In this document: positions 57,973 through 64,000 of the stretch, piece by piece | Numbering within the stretch: the stretch's first letter is position 1 | Layout: each line of letters opens with the position of its first letter | From: Myxococcales bacterium | Lineage (GTDB): Bacteria; Myxococcota_A; Polyangia; Polyangiales; Houyiibacteriaceae | NCBI GenBank assembly: GCA_029861865.1 | Contig: JAOTYL010000016.1 | Span: 15,633-79,632 of the forward strand | Direction of reading: 5' to 3' | Length of the DNA stretch: 64,000 bases | Notes under the pieces: generated by a model | Database searches by the model: none | What the model saw: the letters and a program-made list of their open reading frames with translations, nothing else | Told to the model about the DNA's origin: nothing | Program-made: the position numbers and the translations under genes

Positions 57973-59022
57973 CTACTGATTGTTCCAGGCGACCATTCCA
58001 CCCCGCATCGAGGCGATCCGCTTAAATCCGAGCTTCTCGAGCTCGAGGGCGACGCGGCCGGATCTCCGGCCTGACCGGCAGATGGTGATAACCGGCTCCT
58101 CGCGATCCCAACCCTTGGACGCCTCGTCTACCGTGCCCATCGGGATGATCTCGACGCCTTCGATCGCTCCATCGGTCTCGGCTTCATCGAACTCGCGGAC
58201 GTCGACCATTCGAATCCCCCCTCGGTTTTGTGCGACCCATGCTGTCGTGACCTCGGGGACCCCTTCTGGAGTTCGCTCGATGGCGGCCCAGCCTCGCTCC
58301 GGAAGCGGATCGCCGGACATCGATGCCGCGGGGACCAGGCCGCAATGGAGGTTTGCGGGCACCGCTTCGTGAAGCTTCTTCGGAGTCGGCAGGTGGAGGC
58401 TGTTCATGATCTCCACGAACTCGGCCTCGCTCTTGCCGTCGCCGACCCTTGGGTTGAACTTCTTTTCTTCGCCGACGGTCGTGAATGTCCGCCCTCGATA
58501 GTCGTGGCCGGGCCAGATGATCGTGTCATCGGGGAGGGTGAAGATCTTGTCGTGGATCGATCGGTAGAGCCTCTGTGGATCACCCTGCTGAAAGTCAGTG
58601 CGACCCGTCCCACGGATGAAGATCGCGTCGCCGGTGAAAGCGTTCTTGTGATCCGACGTGACGTACGTGACGCACCCATCGGTGTGTCCCGGGGTTGAAC
58701 GGACTTCGAACTTCAGACCGCCTGCCTCTAATGTGCTACCGTCTTCGACGAGCACGTCTGCGCAGACCGCACCCGCGTTTGCGCCTACCACGGCCTTACT
58801 GCCGAGCCGCTCCCGCAAAAGCCCCGATGCCGTGATGTGATCGGCGTGGGCGTGTGTGTCCATCGTGTAGACGAGCTCGAGCCCGAGCTCATCGAGGAGT
58901 TGGATGTCGCGTTCGATTTGATCGACGACCGGGTCGATCAGCACGGCCTTACCCGACTCCTCGTCGCCAATGAGATAGGTGTAGGTCCAGGTTTCGTGAT
59001 CGAAGAGTTGGCGAAGCAGCAT
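57973..59022 (-). CDS. persulfide dioxygenase (ETHE1-like MBL) fused to rhodanese
   Basis: RQLFD..TYTYL, THAHADHIT, GTGRTDFQ, PGHDY; C-terminal CRSGRRS rhodanese loop. Confidence 0.92.
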   Translation of the reverse strand: MLLRQLFDHETWTYTYLIGDEESGKAVLIDPVVDQIERDIQLLDELGLELVYTMDTHAHADHITASGLLRERLGSKAVVGANAGAVCADVLVEDGSTLEAGGLKFEVRSTPGHTDGCVTYVTSDHKNAFTGDAIFIRGTGRTDFQQGDPQRLYRSIHDKIFTLPDDTIIWPGHDYRGRTFTTVGEEKKFNPRVGDGKSEAEFVEIMNSLHLPTPKKLHEAVPANLHCGLVPAASMSGDPLPERGWAAIERTPEGVPEVTTAWVAQNRGGIRMVDVREFDEAETDGAIEGVEIIPMGTVDEASKGWDREEPVITICRSGRRSGRVALELEKLGFKRIASMRGGMVAWNNQ

Positions 59023-59085
59023 CGGATACCTCCTAGGGGATAGCGTGGGGTACGCTGCGGCGGTAGCCCCTCAGCCCATATCTAC

Positions 59086-59268
59086 TGCAACGTGCGTACC
59101 AATGCTAACCATATGATTTAACGGCTTTCTAAGCTCTTGTTGAAACATGTTGAAACATCGAATGAAACAGTCTGACTCGCGGTGCAACCATCCTTGAAAC
59201 AGTCCAGAGGCCAAAAAGCCCGCAATGTCGGGCGAAGCACCTGCTGTACCTTTGGCACGCCTGGTGCT
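59086..59268. promoter_or_regulatory. divergent sigma-54 promoters with central TGAAACA repeats and an IHF-like site
   Basis: Minus TGGTACGCACGTTGCA (59086-59101); plus TGGCACGCCTGGTGCT (59253-59268); TGAAACA at 59141, 59151, 59163, 59195; AATCA-tatgg-TTA on the minus strand near 59106-59118. Confidence 0.75.
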
Positions 59269-59281
59269 TTGTAGTTGAGCC

Positions 59282-59713
59282 ATGGATTCATTCACACCAG
59301 TCGCATCGACGCTTGGGGGCCTACTGATCGGCGCAGCCGCTGCCGGTCTACTCATGTTCCACGGGCGCATCGCCGGAATCAGCGGAATCGCTGGAGGCAT
59401 CTTCCGCAGGCAACCCGGTGATGTCACGTGGCGCATCATGTTCCTCGCGGGCCTCTTCACGGCCGGCGTGCTCGGGAGTTGGTTCTATCCCGAAGCATAC
59501 CGAGTCGAGATCGATCGTACCAGCCTCGCGTTGGTCGCTGCTGGCTTGGCCGTCGGCATCGGCACCCAGCTCGGAAGCGGTTGCACGAGCGGGCATGGCG
59601 TCTGCGGGATCGGGCGGTTTTCGAAACGATCCAGCGTCGCCACGCTGTCGTTCATGGCGACCGCCGCCATCACCGTGTTTATCGTCAACGAGATCCTCGG
59701 GGGTGCCGTATGA
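59282..59713 (+). CDS. YeeE/YedE-family sulfur transport protein
   Basis: GGLLIG, GRIAGISG, GSGCTSGHGVCG. Confidence 0.92.
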   Translation: MDSFTPVASTLGGLLIGAAAAGLLMFHGRIAGISGIAGGIFRRQPGDVTWRIMFLAGLFTAGVLGSWFYPEAYRVEIDRTSLALVAAGLAVGIGTQLGSGCTSGHGVCGIGRFSKRSSVATLSFMATAAITVFIVNEILGGAV

Positions 59714-60183
59714 AAATCAAGGTCGGAGCGTTTCTCGGAGGCCTGTCGTTTGGCATCGGACTTGCCATCTCCGGAATGACTCAGCCCGCCAAGATCGTCG
59801 GGTTCTTCGATTTCGCCGGTAACTGGGACCCGAGCCTCGGCTTCGTGATGGCAGGCGCGCTGTTGGTGTACACCCCGATCTATCGCGCGGTCGTCAAGCG
59901 GTGGCATCGCCCGATTTGGGCTTCGTCGTTCTCTTTGCCGACTCGAAAGGACATCGATTGGCGTCTGGTTTCGGGCTCGGCGTTGTTCGGAGTCGGTTGG
60001 GGGCTTGGTGGATATTGTCCGGGCCCGGCGTTCACCTCAGTCGGCGCGCGGTCTCAGGAGGCGCTGATTTTCGGCGCGGCCATGCTGGTTGGAGTGGGCG
60101 CCTACCAGATCTTCACGAGGCTTAGAGAGGCACGGATCGAGGAAGCCGCGGCCCGTGAGACGAGCCCCGTGATCGACGGATGA
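59710..60183 (+). CDS. YeeE/YedE partner subunit
   Basis: ATG at 59710 (ATGA overlap); SGMTQPAKIVGF, WDPSL, GWGLGGYCPGP. Confidence 0.9.
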   Translation: MKIKVGAFLGGLSFGIGLAISGMTQPAKIVGFFDFAGNWDPSLGFVMAGALLVYTPIYRAVVKRWHRPIWASSFSLPTRKDIDWRLVSGSALFGVGWGLGGYCPGPAFTSVGARSQEALIFGAAMLVGVGAYQIFTRLREARIEEAAARETSPVIDG

Positions 60184-61943
60184 CGCAGTCGGTGCCAGCC
60201 GTGCCCATTCTCCGTTGGCTCCCAGCCTATCAGCGGAGTGATCTAGGGGCGGACACCATCGCGGGGCTGACGACGGCGGTGATGCTCATCCCGCAAGCGA
60301 TGGGCTACGCGATGCTCGCGGGGCTTCCGCCGATCCATGGTCTGTATGCGGCGTTGGCTCCGCTGCTGGTCTACGCCGCGCTCGGCACGTCACGACACTT
60401 GGCGGTGGGTCCGGTCGCGATGGATTCGATCTTGGTGGCTGCGGGCGTTGGTGCCATTGCGACCGTCGGCACCGAAACTTACGTCGTGATCGCAGCTGCC
60501 CTCGGGGTGATGGTGGGTGTGGTGCAGGCTGGGCTCGGGTTCTTGCGGGCAGGTTTCTTGGTCAACTTTCTCTCCCGCCCGGTCGTGAGTGGCTTCACCT
60601 CCGCCGCTGCGCTCATCATTGCAGGGAGTCAGCTTGGGCACCTCTTGGGCGTCGAGCTTCCACGAACCCATCACGTGCACTTGGTCGTCTGGAAAAGCCT
60701 CGAACAACTCGCCACGTGGTCCTGGCCGACCATTGCAGTCGGGGTTACGTCCGTTGCGGCGCTGCTGATCCTCAGAGCGAAATGGCCTCGCTTCCCGGGG
60801 GCCCTGTTCGTTGTAGCCGTTGCCACTCTTGCGGTTTGGGGGCTTGGGCTGGGAGAAGCCGGTGTTGCGATTGTGGGCGCCGTGCCCGCGGGGCTTCCTG
60901 GCATGCAGGTCCCCAAGATCGATCCGGTGCTGCTTGCCGACTTGCTGCCGTTGGCGGCCACGATCGCCTTGGTGTCGTTCATGGAAGCGATTTCGGTCGG
61001 CCGTGTATTCGCCACCGTCCATCGTTATGACATCCTGCCCAACCGCGAGCTCATCGCACTCGGGTTCGCGAACGTCGCGGGCGGCTTCACTGGTGGTTAT
61101 CCGATTGCGGGCGGGTTCTCGAGGACCGCGGTCAACGTACGAGCTGGCGCCCGCACCCAGCTGGCTGCGATCGTGACCGCAGGGGTCGTCATCGTCACCC
61201 TCCTGGTTTTCACCGGGGCATTCTATTACCTGCCGAACGCTGCCCTGAGCGCGGTGATCATCGCGGCGGTGCTGGGCTTGATAGACATTCGTGGGGCCAT
61301 GGAGATCTTCCGGGTCAAACGGGAGGACTTCGCCCTTCTCGTTCTCACGTTCGTCGCGACCTTGTCTCTCGGGATCCAGTACGGGATCCTGGTCGGCATC
61401 GGGGCGTCGGTGCTGTTGTTTCTAGTACGCACGACCCGCCCTCACTTCGCGGTCCTCGGCCGAATTCCGGAGTCGCAGACCTATCTGAACATTGCCCGCC
61501 ATCCCCACGCCAAACAAGCGCCTGGCATCGTGCTCGTTCGCATCGACGCGCAATTCTACTTCGGCAATGTGAGCTTTTTGAAGGAGACGGTGCGCGGCGT
61601 GATCGCAGATGCTGAATCGCCCGTACGCTACATCGTTCTCGAGGCGGCAGGCGTCAATCAGCTCGACTCCGCTGCCGCAGCAACCCTGGCCGAGCTCAAC
61701 GATGAGCTCGCATCAGTCGGAATTAAGCTCGTGCTGACGCGCGTCAAAGGCCCTGTCCGCGACGTTCTTCACCGGACCGGTCTTCTCGAGAAGCTCGCAG
61801 CCGAAGGTCGCATCTTCATGTCCACTCACCGGGCGATGGAGGTGCTTCGCTCCGGTGCTGCGCTTCCAGACCTATCCCCCCCGGCCGACGATCCACGCGC
61901 GCCTTCCGATCGTGTGGGATGCGGAATGCTCAACCAAGACTAG
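60180..61943 (+). CDS. SulP/SLC26 sulfate permease with STAS domain
   Basis: IPQAMGYAMLAGLP..GLY, GGFSRTAVN, STAS (FYFGN, DSAA). Confidence 0.93.
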   Translation: MTQSVPAVPILRWLPAYQRSDLGADTIAGLTTAVMLIPQAMGYAMLAGLPPIHGLYAALAPLLVYAALGTSRHLAVGPVAMDSILVAAGVGAIATVGTETYVVIAAALGVMVGVVQAGLGFLRAGFLVNFLSRPVVSGFTSAAALIIAGSQLGHLLGVELPRTHHVHLVVWKSLEQLATWSWPTIAVGVTSVAALLILRAKWPRFPGALFVVAVATLAVWGLGLGEAGVAIVGAVPAGLPGMQVPKIDPVLLADLLPLAATIALVSFMEAISVGRVFATVHRYDILPNRELIALGFANVAGGFTGGYPIAGGFSRTAVNVRAGARTQLAAIVTAGVVIVTLLVFTGAFYYLPNAALSAVIIAAVLGLIDIRGAMEIFRVKREDFALLVLTFVATLSLGIQYGILVGIGASVLLFLVRTTRPHFAVLGRIPESQTYLNIARHPHAKQAPGIVLVRIDAQFYFGNVSFLKETVRGVIADAESPVRYIVLEAAGVNQLDSAAAATLAELNDELASVGIKLVLTRVKGPVRDVLHRTGLLEKLAAEGRIFMSTHRAMEVLRSGAALPDLSPPADDPRAPSDRVGCGMLNQD

Positions 61944-62809
61944 GCATCCACCGCGAGATAGATTACGTCATCGCCTACTTCGACGCTTTCGTTCGGTAAG
62001 ACGGCGTAGCATCGTCGAGTGGCGCGAATTTCCGTGACTCGGTCGCGTCCGACGAGAACGCCCGGCTCGAGCTCTTGGAACCCAGTCCACGGTGAGCCGA
62101 AGCGGAACTCGGCGCTCGGCTTGGTGATCGTTTCGACGACGTGCACGGTACGCACATTGTTCCCCTCCCGCTCGGTTCGGTCGCTCAGCGCGCCGGTGAC
62201 CTGCAAGAAGCTGATCGCGATCCGGTAAGCCTTGTCGGATATCTCAGGGTCGTCGTGCGCCCCGCATTCGACTGAAAGCGCGGGCACGCCTGCAAGCCGG
62301 AGGAAGCCGATGATCACTTTGTCCGCGAGCCCGTACCAGCTCTGCACCAAAAAAGAAACACCGATTCGCTTGGCGACGTCGTCGACCACCGTCACGCCAT
62401 TGCTCACGGCGAAAGGCGGGGTCGAAGTCGCGGCCGAATGAAGGTCGAGGAAGACATCCAATTCACCGAGCACTTCTTTAAGGTCGAGCACTCGGTGATG
62501 CTCATACCCCCATGCTTCTTGGCGCAGTGACTCGGTGAACGAGAAGTCCCATAGGCGATTGAGATCGTCTCCTTCCGGCGTGTGTCGGCAGCCCTGTGTT
62601 ATCGCCTCGGGGTTGCCGAGAATCAAGAACAGGGTCCCGTCGCCAGGTCGAAGCGCACCGTCCTTGAGCTCTTGGGTGATGCGCTCGATGGCGTTGCCAC
62701 CGCAGGGCTCGTTTCCATGCATCGAGCCGCAGACCCCGATATATGGTCTCGGGCAATCCTCGGTTGCCGAGACTTTCACCACGCCGTCCTTGAGCTCTTC
62801 TATGAACAA
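61940..62809 (-). CDS. succinylglutamate desuccinylase/aspartoacylase-family M14 hydrolase
   Basis: HGNEPCG, GNP.A, DLNR, LDLHS, VECG; TTG start after GGAG, overlapping the upstream stop. Confidence 0.82.
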   Translation of the reverse strand: MFIEELKDGVVKVSATEDCPRPYIGVCGSMHGNEPCGGNAIERITQELKDGALRPGDGTLFLILGNPEAITQGCRHTPEGDDLNRLWDFSFTESLRQEAWGYEHHRVLDLKEVLGELDVFLDLHSAATSTPPFAVSNGVTVVDDVAKRIGVSFLVQSWYGLADKVIIGFLRLAGVPALSVECGAHDDPEISDKAYRIAISFLQVTGALSDRTEREGNNVRTVHVVETITKPSAEFRFGSPWTGFQELEPGVLVGRDRVTEIRATRRCYAVLPNESVEVGDDVIYLAVDA

Positions 62810-64000
62810 CTTCGTTTCTCCGTCTCGCGGTCTAGCACCTGTCTGGTCTCGTTGAACCAACGATCTGCTTCGGCCGGACTCTTGCCGACGGCCGTAATGC
62901 CGAACTTTCCGAATTCGCTCAGCGCCCCGGTGAAATGAAACAACACGCCTGACTCGGACCACGCCTGATAGTGCAAGCCATTGACCGCGGCAATGTCGAG
63001 GAGATCTTCGACGAGAAGGCCCCGATACCGGTCTGAGCGCATCGAGTCGGTTGCCACGTAGAACTGGGGCTCGTTTCGCGGGGTGAGATAGAGCCCGGTA
63101 TCGGGGTCATATCTCCCATCGGTCATCATTCGCAAGAGCATCATGGGGTGCGTTGTGCCACCCATTCGCAGGTTGGTTTCGATGGCGTAGTGCTGCCAGG
63201 TGCCGTCGTCTCCTTGCACACACAGAAAGTCGACCGCAAGGCGCGCAACCGCCCCCTTGGCTTGAAGAACTGCGGCGACCCGTTGAGCATCTTGCTGGAT
63301 CACCATTCGATAGGCAGCGTCAGATGGGAACCGGCACCCGGCGTATACTTGGCCGTCTTGGCCTTCGACGAGTTGGTCATGTGTGGAAAGGAGGTCGACA
63401 CCGCCTGAGGGTGAGATTCGCAACTGGCAGCTCGGAGCTCGCTTGTCTGGAGCGTCCACGAATGCTTCGACCACGCCGCCTTCGCGTTCGAGTTTCTCCA
63501 CAAACGTCTTCCAGGTTTGACCGGTATCGACGAAGCGCATGTGGGGTAGCGCATCTGCCAATGCCTGCTCTCGTCCTTCGCGACTCGTGTCGCTCCGTGG
63601 AGACACCTGCGCGAGGTCATGGAGGTCCAGGACAGCGTTGCCTTGGCCGCTGAACCCGGTGTTGTGCTTCACCACGACCCGCTCGAGCGCGGGATCTTCG
63701 GACCAGAGCTCATCCACGGCATCGACGACCTCTCGCTCGCTTTGGAGATCCTCGGCCCCCGGCAGTAAGGGAACCCCAGCTTCGCGAAAGACCTTGCGCG
63801 AACCGCTCTTTGTCCCAAGCCACAGAAGGGCTGGATCGACGCCATAGAGTGGAACGTCCAACGCCGTCGCGAGGCTGCGTTCCGCTTCCGACACGGTAAA
63901 GCAGGTCATCATCGCCTGTTCCGGCCGAATGCACTGCCGAATGCGCTCGAGAAGACGAGGTCGTTGGAGGATCTTCTGGGACAACGGAACTAAAGAGTTG
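62800..64000 (-). CDS. ATP-grasp peptide ligase, Pgm1-related (5' end outside the window)
   Basis: GTKSGSRKVF, VVKHNTGFSGQGN, STHDQ, VDFL, IETNLRMGGTTHP; frame open to the window edge. Confidence 0.8.
   Translation of the reverse strand, partial: NSLVPLSQKILQRPRLLERIRQCIRPEQAMMTCFTVSEAERSLATALDVPLYGVDPALLWLGTKSGSRKVFREAGVPLLPGAEDLQSEREVVDAVDELWSEDPALERVVVKHNTGFSGQGNAVLDLHDLAQVSPRSDTSREGREQALADALPHMRFVDTGQTWKTFVEKLEREGGVVEAFVDAPDKRAPSCQLRISPSGGVDLLSTHDQLVEGQDGQVYAGCRFPSDAAYRMVIQQDAQRVAAVLQAKGAVARLAVDFLCVQGDDGTWQHYAIETNLRMGGTTHPMMLLRMMTDGRYDPDTGLYLTPRNEPQFYVATDSMRSDRYRGLLVEDLLDIAAVNGLHYQAWSESGVLFHFTGALSEFGKFGITAVGKSPAEADRWFNETRQVLDRETEKRSCS

Overview
This GC-rich window looks myxobacterial (Myxococcota, probably Polyangia-like), judged from the mglC/sgmX orthologues, the many sigma-54 promoters and a TonB-fused receptor. 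(1) About 0.25-27 kb is a low-oxygen/dormancy island. It has a protoglobin histidine kinase and an NtrC-family regulator (NmpU/NmpR-like), five USP genes, CBS proteins, WS/DGAT, an Rv2004c-like kinase, a host-attachment protein, hemerythrin, c-type cytochromes, YwiC and a four-gene glycogen operon. Nearly every transcription unit has a -24/-12 promoter plus CGCA-N5-TGCG boxes, mostly paired about 30 bp apart. (2) Inside the island is a symmetric cassette: CAGYGN hexamer array, RBS-occluding hairpin, two convergent four-helix-bundle (IVS/Avd-like) paralogues, second RBS-occluding hairpin, second array. The same hexamer arrays recur at five more intergenic sites, and two arrays 21 kb apart share a conserved 50-60 nt leader. 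This is the best candidate for an undescribed system. (3) The rest holds lipid/CoA enzymes, tRNA-Gly(CCC), an SPFH/RHH islet, a Btu-type ABC operon interrupted by an antisense gene and a CTAG-bounded 53-bp duplication, a TonB-dependent receptor, a molybdopterin oxidoreductase, mglC-aroQ-accB-accC-sgmX, a Spy-like two-component module with TTAAG-N6-TTAAG boxes, a pfkA remnant, a sigma-54 persulfide/sulfur cluster and a Pgm1-like ATP-grasp + M14 hydrolase pair. All calls come from manual motif recognition; no database searches were run.
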